This document shows, piece after piece, positions 46,578 through 59,900 of a stretch of DNA of 64,000 bases (its first letter is position 1; every line of letters starts with the position of its first letter). This DNA is from Calcarisporiella thermophila CBS 279.70. Its lineage: Eukaryota; Fungi; Calcarisporiellomycota. The position numbers and the translations under genes were made by a program. Under the pieces are notes generated by a model that had not been told where the DNA came from, did no database searches, and was given only the letters and a program-made list of their open reading frames with translations. The stretch is taken from assembly GCF_041956535.1 (NCBI RefSeq), contig NW_027192199.1, positions 434,001 to 498,000 on the forward strand, read 5' to 3'.

Positions 46578-48578
46578 CTATCCCATGCTACTATCTAAAT
46601 AACTAAATTCGCCCATCATCGCGGAAGCATAAAAGTCGTCAGTTTCCCTCCCGTATCCTTCCTCATAAGGTTCTGGGACAGCAAGTGATTCAAATCTATG
46701 ACTTGCCGAATGCCTCTCTATTGAAAAAAATATATTGTATGAGACAAAAAAAAAAAAAGAGAGTAAGAATGCATTAAAACCATACCGTTTTCAAATCCTT
46801 TTCCTACGCACTCGTCGCACAGATCAACTTCTTCCCCACGCGGGCAATCCGAACATTTATATCTTATTCCAACAATAGGGTCACTTCCACACATATCGCA
46901 ACAAAAACCATGGTGCACAATTAAGCCTTCTTCCTTTCCAACCAAAGCGGCAGTATCTGGTTGATTAGATATAGTAGAGGGAAATGGCATAGCTCGCTTT
47001 ATCTCAGCGTCATCGTCGTCATCGTCTTCCGGCATTAGCACTGAGGGAGCTGCCTGATAATTGTTATAATAAGTGCCCGAGATGCGAGTTTTAGGAGGAC
47101 CACAAACTTGCAAGCGTGTGGTGCCTCGATTAGAATTTGAGGAAGTCTCAGGAGTGGAGGTTCGGGAAAGAGAGATAGAGCCATTAGAGCGAGCATGAGA
47201 TTTAGAATTAGTGGGAGTTGAGGATGCTTTGTTTGGAGAGTTGGCCTAAGAAAAAAATAGTATAAATTATGGTTTCTTTGATATTGTTAGAAATAAATTA
47301 CCGAGTGAATATGTGAGGATTTCCCAGGAATCGGAAGTCCACGCTTCTCAAGTTTTGCAAAATATTTCTGTAACCAACTTGCCACCTTGTCAAAACATTA
47401 CAAATCTAAATTTTAATACAATTTCATACGAATAAATATATTCATTTTTTTCATACCTGTCTTGGTGTTCTGGTTCCAAGTGCGGCAGAAATTTTATTAT
47501 ATCGGTGTTGCTGAACAGGCTCTTCAGGATATACTTCAAGTAGTTCAACTATCCGCCTCTGAATGGTTGAATGAAAAATAAAATCCAGATTAGATTATGT
47601 TATAAAATAAAGTAACACACCAACCTTTTCTTCCTCTGACCATGGAATAATATGCGTTGTTGTTTTAATGTTTCCATTCATTTTTTGCGAACGATTCTTA
47701 TGTGATTCAGGTGATTTTCCCATACTTTGAAGAATGAATCCGCTGGTTAGTCTGGTGAGTATAAAACTATACAATATGAAAAATACCAACCCTCCTGAAA
47801 CTGAGGATTCTAATCTTTCATTAAAACCTCCATATGTTATATGATCTCCATTTACTTCTGGAATTTTCGGTGTGCCATAGTTAGCTCCGGTCGTACGGCT
47901 TGCTGGTGAAGAGAGTCCGGTGGAGGGCGGATAGAAACTAGGAGATGCGGGCGGAGGCATAGAAAGAATACTTTGCTAAAATTATAAGAAAGTTAATAAT
48001 ATCCCCTATAAACGATACTAGAAAAACGGACTGACTCTATAGGGAGACTCGTACGGAGAATAGCGTAGTGTAGATTCAAGTCGTATCCGCCGTTCAGGTA
48101 TATTAAGGTATTTTTCCCAGTTAATATTTGGGACCGCGATTACACTCTGTAATTTGGGTGGTTTCATGTTTTTCTAATAAAAAGAGTACATTATTAGCTG
48201 AATATCTCTAGTTGCAAGTTAATCGATAACATAACAAATAAATGTAAACCTTAGAGATGCTTACACCATGCCTAAGTCTCTCCACAAAATCAAACGGCTC
48301 CTCCAACGCTTCCTTCTTTAGAGATTTCAGTAGTTCCATATCTTTTTTCGCTTGCTCCAGCTGTCGTTGCAGTACATTTATGGCCCGATTTACCATTTGG
48401 TAGCTATATCCATATATATATAGATAAGAATTAACCTTAAGTGTTTCCTTTGCAATTCAATTTACTCGTCATTCTTATTGAGCATTTGTTCCTCATTTTC
48501 TGGTAGAGAGGATGGAGAAGATTGTGTGTTTATATCTTTCATATCTTGTCCCCGAATACTATATAAATCGGTTGCCAT
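46578..48578 (-). CDS. ZZZ3: ZZ-type zinc finger + SANT/Myb protein
   Basis: LQRQLEQAKKDMELL..LKKEALEEPFDFVE, WSEEEK..LLEVYPEEPVQQHRYNKISAALGTRTPRQVASWLQKYF, HHGFCCDMCGSDPIVGIRYKCSDC..VDLCDEC. Confidence 0.85.
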
Positions 48579-48724
48579 GTCATGTTTTCTCTTAAAAGGA
48601 TCTCTTTTATAATTAAAAAAAAAACTTCGCACTTCGCTAGGGAAGTCATAAAATAGAAAGGCAGTCACAATTCAATAAAACAAATTCGTTATCCTGTTCC
48701 TTCAACTACAATCAACTCAAGTAA

Positions 48725-50366
48725 ATGTCAGACAAAGATTCCACAAGGCGCAAACCGGAAAATAATGATCCAGCAAAACCAACGCTCGGAACCCTTCATA
48801 ATGAACCACCTCCAGCTGGGAGATTAGGATCGTTGCGCGGGGGCTCAGCGATGGCGGGCGGACAACGAAAGGTAATTTCAACCAAATAGTTTTTTTTTAC
48901 CGCGTCATTTAAAAGGAATTTCTGGTAGATGAAATTCACGCCTACAGTACCAGCAAGACGAGTTAAAAAGGAAGCGTATGTAGGATCTTTCGACCTGTCT
49001 TCAAATTTCAATTAACTGAAATCACATTTAGAACTCCCTCGTTGCTGGAGGATGCTATGGCTAAATCAAAGACCGAAGAATCTGCTGGGCGGGGACGTGG
49101 TGAAGGTAGGGGACGTGGGCGAGGCTCAGGACGTGGACGTGGACGTGGCAGGGGTAATTTTACAATTTATATAAGCTGGTTTTATTATTCCTGATTCATG
49201 CTTTTATTCGCCTTAGGCCGCGGCATAGAGCCAGAAGTGGTCGCATCAGGTCCTTTTTCAATGGGCCCAGCCGCTTCTACTACTGCTACTCGACGTGCTG
49301 GTGGTGGAAGTGGTGGTTTGGCTTCTTATATAGGTGGGACTGGACGGCAGAATGAAGACGAGGACGGCTCTGCAACTATTGGAAATGAGATGGATCCATG
49401 GGCCCCTGTTTCAATTAAAAAAGACCATGATATGCCAGTAAACAGTGAAATCAAATCAGAAATTATGGAAGTGGATGTCGCAGAAGGTAAGAGTTAGTTT
49501 GCAAAATCAATCACTGCCTATATTTATCATGAAAAAATTCTTAAAATCCTTTAAAAATAGCCGAGAAAGCGGTGCCGGAGCTTGCACAAGATAAGCTGAA
49601 CGAAGATAAAAAGAGTGGGCTAGATAATGTGACGGATGAGTTTGTGAAAGGCCTAGTTTCTTATCTCAATGAGGTTAGACACTTGTACTGTTTTATTTTA
49701 GCTATAGTGAACTTATATTTCTATTGATCAATTAAGCAATCGGCAGCAGATGATCGTCTTCTATTTTTCCAATTCCCCTCTGTATTCCCGAACTTTGAGC
49801 ACGCCCCCATAGATGAAATTTCCACAAAAATCAAGCCAGATCCTGATGCTCTTGAACTGACTTCTCCAGACACAAGCGTATCTCCCCAGCCTGGAGAAGG
49901 CGAAGTTAAGGTTAAAAAGGAACCCATTGAAATAACGATTGATGATTTGACCAAAAAGGAAAAAGGCCTGGTGGCTGTGAAGAAGGAGCCCGGTTTAAGT
50001 GAGAACCAAGAACGGAGTGATAAAGGTGAAGCAAATGAAGGATTGGTTGGAAAACTAGTAGTGTATGCATCGGGTAAAGTGAAGATGAAGTTTGGTGATA
50101 TCATCCTGGATGTATGTAGTTCCTAGTGATCAATGTATATTTTCCTATATATATTTAATATTTTTGTATTTTGTATCATCTCTTAGGTTACGGATGGGGC
50201 AGATTGCTCATTCCTTCAGCACATTGTAGCACTTGATGCAAATAGCAAACAAGCATTTGTTGTGGGGTCCGTTGGAAAACGTTTTGTGTGTGTGCCTGAT
50301 ATTGACATGTTGTTGGTATCAGAGAATGAGAAGGAGCTTGATCAGGAAATGAAGGAGGAGCTTTAA
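48725..50366 (+). CDS. RPC53: RNA polymerase III subunit RPC4
   Basis: MKFTPTVPARR, RG repeats, SGPFSMGP, FFQFPSVFP, GKLVVYASGKVKMKFGDIILDV..GADCSFLQ. Confidence 0.9.
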
Positions 50367-50484
50367 ATGATCTTGTGTATTGCCTTTTTTAAATATATTT
50401 TCCACTTGTAAGTTTTTTACAATTTAATTATAAACACTTTTTTCGCATAGAGTGGTATATAGATATAAAAAGTATTATATCAAT

Positions 50485-51574
50485 TTATTTCTCTGCAGCA
50501 CTCTCTTTTGTGCTTTCATCGCGCCGATTACCATAAGTAGCTGTCAAGTACTGCTCCATTTCCTCCACACTTAGAGGCAAATTCCTTTGTGGTAACCTCA
50601 AATACAAACGTTTTAATCGAATTGCAATGACTTGCATGTCCTCTAAAGTTGTATCAAACACCTCCCACCAGGGAGGATTTGTGGGCAATTTTACTCCCAA
50701 CTCTCTTGCAGCGAGCCAAATGACAGCACTAGCTATTGTCGGGGGCTGATAGCAAACATAGATATTCGTCCTGAGTCTAAAAGAGCAAAACTAAGCAAAA
50801 GGGAAAAAGGGATACTGAAAAGGAGACCTACCCATCGTTCAGATAATTCCATGCTCGTTGTGGTAGTTCCTTGTGACTCTCGAGTTCAAGTACTTGGAGG
50901 TAATTGAACATAAGTCCATAAGGCAAGCGGACGTGAACGTCGAACCCAAGGCGCTTTAAAATATGCATCTCTGACACAATCATTGCATTTTTCATATCAT
51001 AAAATATCTGAGAATTCATATAATGTTTCAGCAAACAGCATTCACGTCAGCGAAGATTAGGAGCTACCTGAGAGAATTGATCCATTGGCTCCACCGCTGG
51101 AACTTTTTTTAATCTCCTTATTAAATAATAGTACACATTTATGAGATCGCGGATTCGCACCATACATTCCTCTATTTTCGAAGCAAGAAATAGCGACCCC
51201 ATACCGATATCCTACTTCAAATTAGATTATTTGAGAATTAACTATTCACTGCAAACACGCGCTACCTTTATTCCGTACTTTCTCAATGACGCCATGTAAA
51301 AGAAACGCTGAAACAAAACTTGTGCTGTTGCCATCGCAGCCTGTGGTCTACCGAAATCAATTAATTTTTATTTGTTTTCACGATAACAAATTAAACATCA
51401 TTTCTCTTACAATCTCAACAAGATCCCTGCCGACTGTATAAGTTCACATCCTATATTTCTTAAATCATCCTCAAGGTCCTCTGGGATATCGTCACGTCGT
51501 GAGGGCGTGATCTCGAGTTGCTCACGACTAACAATGGCATTCTGTTCTATGACTAGAACACGATCCCCTGCCAT
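50485..51574 (-). CDS. Cyclin L
   Basis: [70 protein letters not shown]. Confidence 0.92.
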
Positions 51575-51744
51575 ATTCCTGCTAATTGGTCAATAGAACT
51601 AGATATCGGTAGAATCATAAAGGTCTTATGCAAAAATGTGACTGGCAATTTTTTCTATTCATCTTTCCGTTCTCTCGGGAATTTTCGCTTGGAGCTCTCT
51701 TCCTTCTCCACACTTTTACATTCCCTTACTAAAGATTAGACAAC

Positions 51745-53702
51745 ATGTTTCGGATAACCACAGAACTTTACGATAAAATCAAATATTTTGCCAAATTTCC
51801 TCAGATGGGTGTCTCATTGCGTCAAATGGTTATGTTTGGTAATGCGCTGCAATCAATTACGCCGGCAGCATGTTGCTCTTAACAATTTTGTCGTTTTTAG
51901 GACAAAATCCATCTCAGGGAACATTGTTACGTGCAAGCATGTATTTACATGGTGCGTTATGACGGATTTATCCAATAAAATCAACTAAAATTAACCTACT
52001 ATCTGCGCTGCCTATAGAAGAGCTCCCAGTCCGGCTTGCCCACCGGGTAAAAGAACTCGATGAATTGCCGCATGGGCTCTCCGAGATGCCTTCCATCAAA
52101 AAGGTTAAAAATTGGTATGCACAATCTTTTCAGGTCAGTTTACTATATACCTACTGTATTAGCATGTTCAATTGAATTTTATTTCTGAAATCGTGCTCCT
52201 CTGCAGGATCTCATTGAACTCCCTCCCCCTGAGCTCTCACAATCAGTCAAAGAAGTACTTAAGAGGGGAGCACCGAACGGAGATGGAGAAACAGTGCATT
52301 TACCTCCTAGCATACCTAACCCTTCTATCAAACAGGGTACATGTAATGGATCTACCTCGAAGTCACTTTCTTATAAAAGAAGGTAAATGCAAGGTTGCTT
52401 GAAATATTTTTGTCGAAATTGCATCAACACATATTGGAATAGATATTACGCTAATGTGGAAGATTTTGACTGGCCACGCGAAGTTCATAACTATAATGAT
52501 AAACTTACCAAAGTGATCGAGATCATTAAACGCCGACATGATCCTGTGGTAACTACAATGGTAATCGTTAATCCATACTTGAACACCATCAATCTCTAGT
52601 ATCTAATCAAAGGCACATATTATAGGGTATTTGATTTTTCATATTACTGTTTCATTCTTTTTACCAATAATTTACCTTCAGCCCAGGGAATTCTCGAGTA
52701 TAAAAAACATAAGGAGAAAGATAATATAGATACCGATATTCAGGCTTTCCTTGACCGCTTCTACATGTCACGTATTGGCATTCGCATGCTCATTGGTACG
52801 GGTCTCTATATTTTCATTCTAATGCTTTATTCATAATTTCAACCTCTCATCAAGGTCAACATGTGGCGCTTAACCGGGGTCCGCAACGCAAAAATTATGT
52901 CGGCATCATCTGCACAAACACAAATGTATCCGAAGTCGCACAAGAGGCGATAGAGAATGCCAAATTTATCTGTGAGGATTACTATGGACTCTTCAAGGCA
53001 CCAGAAGTACAACTCCATTGTCCCAGCGACCTTGAGTTCATGTATGTGCCGAGCCACTTGAGCCACATGCTTTTTGAGTTATTAAAAAATAGCATGCGCG
53101 CCATTGTGGAATTACACGGAACAGACTGCGACGAGTACCCGGCAATCAAAATTATTGTTGCTGAAGGAAAAGAAGTAAAATGCTTTACAAATACGTAATA
53201 TTTACGAGAAAAGTGAAATCATATTTGAATATGTTGTAGGATATTACGGTGAAAATTTCAGATGAAGGAGGAGGTATACCGCGATCTGGCATTCCACTCG
53301 TGTGGACCTATATGGTAAGTAACGCAATTTTCTAATTGCCTTTATTCCACAATAATTATTTTTTCTTGCAGTATACTACCGCAGAGGCTCAAGATCTTGA
53401 CCCTAATTTCAACAAATCAGATTTCAAGGCTCCGATGGCTGGATTTGGCTACGGCTTACCTATTAGTAGATTGGTAAAGATACCTTTACTTCCTATGAAT
53501 AGACAACATCTCTAATAGTTCTCACAACTTAGTATGCACGATATTTTGGTGGTGATCTCAAGCTAATCTCCATGGAAGGGTATAGATACAAATGTTATTT
53601 TTATCTCCACACATCCGCTAACAGTATTATGTAAATAGATATGGAACCGATGTATATCTTCATCTCAATCGACTGTCAAACAGCGATGAGCCACTACAAT
53701 AA
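51745..53702 (+). CDS. Mitochondrial pyruvate dehydrogenase kinase / branched-chain 2-oxoacid dehydrogenase kinase family
   Basis: [74 protein letters not shown]. Confidence 0.95.
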
Positions 53703-54662
53703 TAAGTAGGATTGTTCATAGACGATACTATATATCTGTTTTGTTTTGTTTTTATTATTATTATTTCTTCTATTTCTTTTGTTATTTTGCCTTTTTTCTA
53801 TAATCTGTATGATAACGATGCCAAACAAAAGATTTAGATCTCCGCCTGGTTAACCTATTCATATGAAAACCTTGAGCAATTATGTAGCTTAATGTTTTTA
53901 TTCTTCAGCTGAACTGTGTATCAATAGATTTGGAATGAACTGCTTCTAGCTCACATTAATTCGGTAAATGTTCTTTGCATAAGCAATTAGTGCTTGTTCA
54001 ATCTTTATCGACTGAGTAATCATTTCAAGCTCCTCATAAAAAATTTATGTCAGATATACTGTACTCAAACACAATAGCATAAGCCAAACTAAGGCATTTC
54101 ACTTCAGGAAGGACAGTGCTATTCTCACACTGTGTCAAAGCCAAAGTCTGCGAAATTGAGGTGTGACCCACTACTGAGTGTGCAATATCCTTTCACCGAA
54201 TTACTAAACTACTGTAGCCTTCTCTTATCAAATGCTTGTAGTACAAAAGAGGTGAAAATCTAACATCTAGCACATTAAATTATTCCAACTCTCGAAAAAA
54301 TTTCTCAAGTGCTTTGAAAACTGTCATGAAATATGGTATCGAGAAGAATATCTAAGGTACAAAATGACTGATAGTTGCAGTTTCCTAATACTACAGGCGT
54401 AAGCTAATTCCGCCCAAGCTTTTAGTACTAAGTATTAATAATTCTATGCAATAATCTTCTAAGCTAATCCTTATCTCTATCTTATCTTTAATTTGATTAT
54501 GGTAATAGTCCAAGAAAGAAAATTATTGGACTTTATTGGAAAAATATAATTCACTGTGTCGCCGAAATCTTTAAATTTTTCAAGGGATAAGATAGAAATG
54601 TATAAGTTTTAGTATTTAGGTCAAATGAATTACCAAAGAGTTTTGAAAAGCAATATACACAA

Positions 54663-55911
54663 TTAGCCTGGTGGTAGCATAGTGGCATCCACCTCTGTCT
54701 CTTCATCACTGTAAGCATGCTCATCTTGTGGTTCATACCGGTCATGCACTGGAGTACGTGCCATTGCCATCATTCCACTGCGCGCGCATTCAAGAATACC
54801 GAAAGGCTTCACTAGTTTTATGAAAGCATCCACACGAGAGGATTTGGCACATAGTTCTATTATCACGCAATCGGACGAGACATCGACAATGCGACCGTGG
54901 AAAAGGCGTGCGAGTTCAGTTAGTGCATGGAGATGAGATGAGACCTTTCGAAGGACATCGCTTGGGGCTTGCTCAGCCAATTCCTCGTGCCAAGTGGGAT
55001 GCTTAAGAGTTAAAGTGTCAGTGAGCTGTGATCAATGGGTTTGAGTATGTTTATTTACCTCTTCCTTATGTTTTTGCCCGTCGACCTCCTCCTCAGAGAA
55101 CAGGTGTCCATCAATCTGCTCTTGCAAGTGCTCAGGTCCAAGGACTGATACCTTGATTAGCAACAGCTCTCTTTCCACAAGCTTGGTTCGGCTGTAGTCC
55201 ATGACTGCCCAAACCGGGACCTACTCAGAGCAAAACAATTTTAGAGTTTTCAGGACTTATTTACAAAAGGAGATACTCACAAGATCTTCTAACTGTTTCC
55301 TTGCTTGCTCCACTACACCTCCTTGTCCCTTAAGCACAATCGTCATTCTTCCCAAATCTTGTACATCGGTTTTGGATCCCACCATACTATCGATATTGAA
55401 CCCGCGCCCCGCCAAAATTCCTGAGACTCGGGCAATCACACCCGATTCGTTATGCACCAAGCAATTTAACACATGTCGTGACTCCGGCTCGGTCGCGGTT
55501 GGAGTATTGTAGAGAATGTTCGTTACAGCTTCTTCAGCAGAAGGAGTTCGGCTCCATGCAGTTAAATGTGGAGCACGTTTTTGGCGTGCACGTCGTCGAT
55601 TATAGAAAATGGTTTCGAGGGGTGCTCCCCTGGGTACATCCGATTTAGTTGTGGAGGGATTTTGCGTGTTTGAAGAATTGTCATGAGAACTGGATGAATG
55701 CGTAGAGTAAGAGGCAAGAAGAGGAGTGATAGGTGAGCGTCCGGGATACTGATTCGATATGGGCGCAATATCCTTATATCTGCTCTATTGTGATAGAAAA
55801 GAGTAGCAAAAAAGAAACTTAGGGATTAGCACTCAAATCCCACTAAACAATTGAATAACCTACCAACCCGACCAGCCTCCTTGGGAGGGACGAGCGCAGC
55901 GGGAACACCAT
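54663..55911 (-). CDS. ILV6: Acetolactate synthase regulatory (small) subunit, mitochondrial
   Basis: Presequence MVFPLRSSLPRRLV; PSAEEAVTNILYNTP, LNCLVHNESGVIARVSGILAGRGFNIDS, VEQARKQLEDLVPV, PFGILECARSGMMAM, C-terminus LPPG. Confidence 0.95.
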
Positions 55912-56769
55912 ATTGATGTCTTTTGGGAATTGATTTATCCTTAACAGAAAAGCGAAAACTTAAGAGAATCCTTATATCTCTAAAGTCCGCAGATAATCCA
56001 AAGCACGTGCTCATTGAATTTTTGGTGTGTCAGTATGATAAAAAAATAATAAACAATTAACAGATCAATCGTCAATTTAGATTCCCTGTGGCTTCCCTGC
56101 TCCGAACGAAGCACAGTTATCTGGCCGCATTCTGGATAACGTTTTTCCGCATGGTTGATGCGACCTTCTTTTAAGTTTCATTATTTAGAATTGCCCGAGA
56201 ATATCCCGAGTTTACGTGTTCTCACATGAATCATCCTTCAAGAGCAAGCATCTAACCTCATCTTTGAGCATTTTCCTGTCGAGCTTCTCTCGTAATCATA
56301 ATAGCACAATTTCAAGTTGAATGCAGACAAATGCTTCTTTCCTGGCTTTGATCGAGGATTTATCTAAACTCTATTTAAGCCTATGTTTTGTGTGTTTCGA
56401 GGACTCCAGGAATGCGCGTATTTAGTAATACAGAAAAACAATGCCTTAGAGTTTATTTATCGTAATACCATTTTTCTAAGAGAATGGCCAGAAAGAGGCC
56501 AGTGCTAAGTTTCAATACAATTGATGGACTGTGATAACGATCTTTCATAAGGAGTATATCTCGGCAGTTTCATATATTTCAATTCTGGTCTCTGGGACAT
56601 TAAAGCCTTTATCGATTAACCCAATGCTTAGGGTTATAAGCATTCATTTATTCTCAATACTATTACAGCTTTATACTATTTGTCTTCGCTTTTATTGCTG
56701 ACTGGATATAAATAGTATATCAGTTTATATCAAGTTGAATCGGCTGGTGGCTTAGCGATCACATTTCCT

Positions 56770-56776
56770 TGACTCA
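56770..56776. promoter_or_regulatory. Putative Gcn4/CpcA (AP-1) element TGACTCA
   Basis: Consensus heptamer ~210 bp upstream of the fusion-gene ATG, in the divergent region shared with ILV6. Confidence 0.5.
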
Positions 56777-56983
56777 AAAAGATTTCATTTGCATCTTGTG
56801 AGCGAAATTGGCTTACTGGCTCCTGAGCTCGAATCTGTTAGGTGCTGGGGGCAAATAAAAAAACTGCGTTTCTAACACATTTCCTTTGTCTTCACTTTAT
56901 CTTCAGTAAAATATTCTTTTTATCCCCACTCAATTCCCGCTTTTTCTTCTTCTTTCATCAAATAATTTTTGTGATTTTTTAAC

Positions 56984-59900
56984 ATGGTTTCATCAACTAC
57001 CCGCACTGCCAATATTGTAGTTTTGCCTGGTGATGGTGTCGGTCCTGAGGTGACTACCGAGGCCATTAAAGTGCTAAAATTGATCGCAGAACGAAGAGGG
57101 CAGAACCTCGGGCTAGACTTTCAGTTCGTTGAGGATAAAATTGGAGGTTGTGCGATTGATGCACATGGTATGTATACCACCTACTTAACAAAAATTTTGC
57201 CTTTATCTTACCTGCTCTTTCTACTCCTATTTAGGCTCCCCACTCTCAGATGTAACCCTTGAAAAATGCAAGCAGGCGGATGCCATCCTCCTAGGTGCTG
57301 TCGGTGGCCCACAATGGCCGCGTCCTATCGATCCCTCGGATCCTTCTAAAGGTCTAACTCCGCGGCCTGAAGAAGGGCTCCTTAAGCTCCGAAAAGCTCT
57401 CGATCTCTACGCAAATCTTCGTCCAGTTTCTTTCGCAAGTGATGCTCTCCTACGTCTGTCACCCCTCAAGGAAAATGTGGTACAAGGCACAGAATTCGTC
57501 TTCGTCAGAGAGCTGGTAGGAGGAATATACTTTGGACAGCGCAAAGAAGGTGATGCAGATGGAAAAGCTTTTGATACACTCCCATACTCAACCGAGGAGA
57601 TCCAGAGAGTCACTCGACTCGCAGCATACTTGGCTCGAAAGCAAAGTCCTCCTGCAACCATTCATTCAGTAGATAAGGCCAATGTTTTGGCCACTTCAAG
57701 ACTCTGGCGCAAAATAGTGACCGAAACCTTGCAGAGAGAATTTCCGGACGTGCCATTTGATCATATTCTCGTGGATGCTGCAGCAATGCACATGATTTCA
57801 AATCCTAAGAAGCTAAACGGCGTAGTGCTTACGGAGAATATGTTTGGAGATATCTTGAGCGACGAGGCGAGCGTCATCCCTGGAAGCTTGGGACTACTTC
57901 CGTCAGCTTCACTAAGTGGTCTACCCACTGGCCGCGGCCCATGTGTCGGATTGTATGAACCAATCCATGGGTCTGCACCCGATATCGCTGGCAAGGGAAT
58001 TGCGAATCCTATCGGAACCATTCTTTCTGCCGCTCTGCTGCTTCGATATTCTCTTGGTCTCGAAGCAGAGGCAAAGGCTATAGAAGATGCCGTTCGTAAA
58101 GTGCTTGATGATACTGACTTTGGAGGGTATGGAATTCGCACAAAAGATTTGGGGGGAGAGGCAACAACGCAAGCGGTTGGTGACAAAATAGTCGAGGTAC
58201 TGGACGCAATTCTTGAAGGGATCAATGCTGCTGAGCGAACAGGCACGCTAGTAAAGCGGCCTTTGCTAATGACTCGCCCCCCTGGCCGGCGCCCCATGAC
58301 CCTATGTGAGAAAATTATTACGCATTCTGCAATCGGATTGCCGACGCCTGGACACGTCTCACCTGGTGACATGGTATGCGTGAAAGTGGACTGGACGTTG
58401 GCATCAGAACTGACCTGGAAAGGTATGGAGAAGACTTACGATGAGATGAAACGTCCCGGCGTGTATCGTAATGACCGCTTTTGGCTCGCAATTGATCATA
58501 CCGTGGATCCCCGAATCAACGACCAACCCAAGCCAAGAGAGTTGATCGCCGCGTCAGAGAGCTTTGCGAAGGAAGCAAAACTGCTTGATTTCCATCGTCC
58601 GAACTACTCGATTTTGCACACTGAGTTCTACCGAGAACGAGCTCAGCCTGGTCAGATGATTATTGGAGCTGATTCACACAGCTGCTCGGCAGGTGGACTG
58701 GGTAATTTCGCTGTGGGTTTGGGTGCCGCTGATGTTGTGATGCCTCTTGTTACTGGCGAAACTTGGTTTAAAGTACCAGAAACAGTTGAGGTGAAGTTCG
58801 TCAACGCACCACCATTTGGAATCGGAGGAAAAGACGTCATCCTTTATGTCCTCGGAGAGCTTAAACGCAACACTGTTGCATTTGAGCGAGCAGTAGAATA
58901 TACAGGGCCTGGGCTCCGATACCTAAGCTGTGATGCACGCTTTGCAATTGCAAACATGACGACCGAATTTGGTGGAATTGCCGGAGTAGTCGAACCAGAT
59001 GAACAGACTGCCGCGTTCATCGCAAAACGTAAAAACCCTGCTCACAAAAATTCTGCTCTGTATTTCAAAGCCGATCCCGATGCCCAATATGCCGAGTCAC
59101 ACGTAATAGATCTGTCGAAAGTGGACTCGCTAGTAGCCATTTACCCTTCGCCTGACAACGTTGTTCATGTGGATGAGGTTGCTGGAAAGATGAAGCTCGA
59201 CGGTGTCTTTATTGGCGCGTGTACTACTGCGGAAGAAGATCTAATTCTCGCAGCACTTGTTCTCGAACAGGGATTGAAACGTGGTATGGTGCCTTCCATC
59301 CACGGCAAACGCAAGGTCACCCCTGGCTCCGTTCCAATCATCGCTAAACTCCGTCGTCTCAATCTGCTTCAGATCTACGAGGCGGCTGGTTTCGAGATAG
59401 GTGCTCCTGGCTGCTCTTACTGCATTGCAGTGGCAGCAGACAAAGCTGATGAGGGTGAAGTTTGGCTATCGAGCCAGAACCGTAATTTCAAGAACCGGAT
59501 GGGTAAGGGGGCAATTGGCAACCTTGCATCTGCAGCCACCGTTGCAGCGTCATCCTTTGAGATGAACGTGCGTAACCCCCGTGACTTGCTTGATGCCATT
59601 GATCGTAAGCGATACGAGGAGATGCTCGAGATTTGGCTCGACAAGGCCGAGCCGGTGGTTTACTCTGAACCTAACCCTGTTCTTTCAAATCCGGCTGATT
59701 CGTCGCATGGCTCTGAAGTTGCAAACACAGTGGCTGCTGCCGCAGCCGATGAGGGCAGCAACTATCTTCCTGATGTGGTTTCGGGTAAAGTGCAGCTCTT
59801 TGGTGACCACATCGACACCGATGCTATCATTCCTGCACCTTTCATGCCCGGGAAGGATGACGAGGACCTAGGGACTCACTGTTTCGAATTTTTCCGCCCA

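Noticed and set aside
49088-49154. GGACGT-type tandem repeats
   Set aside because: They encode the Arg-Gly tract of RPC53; not a CRISPR array or independent repeat
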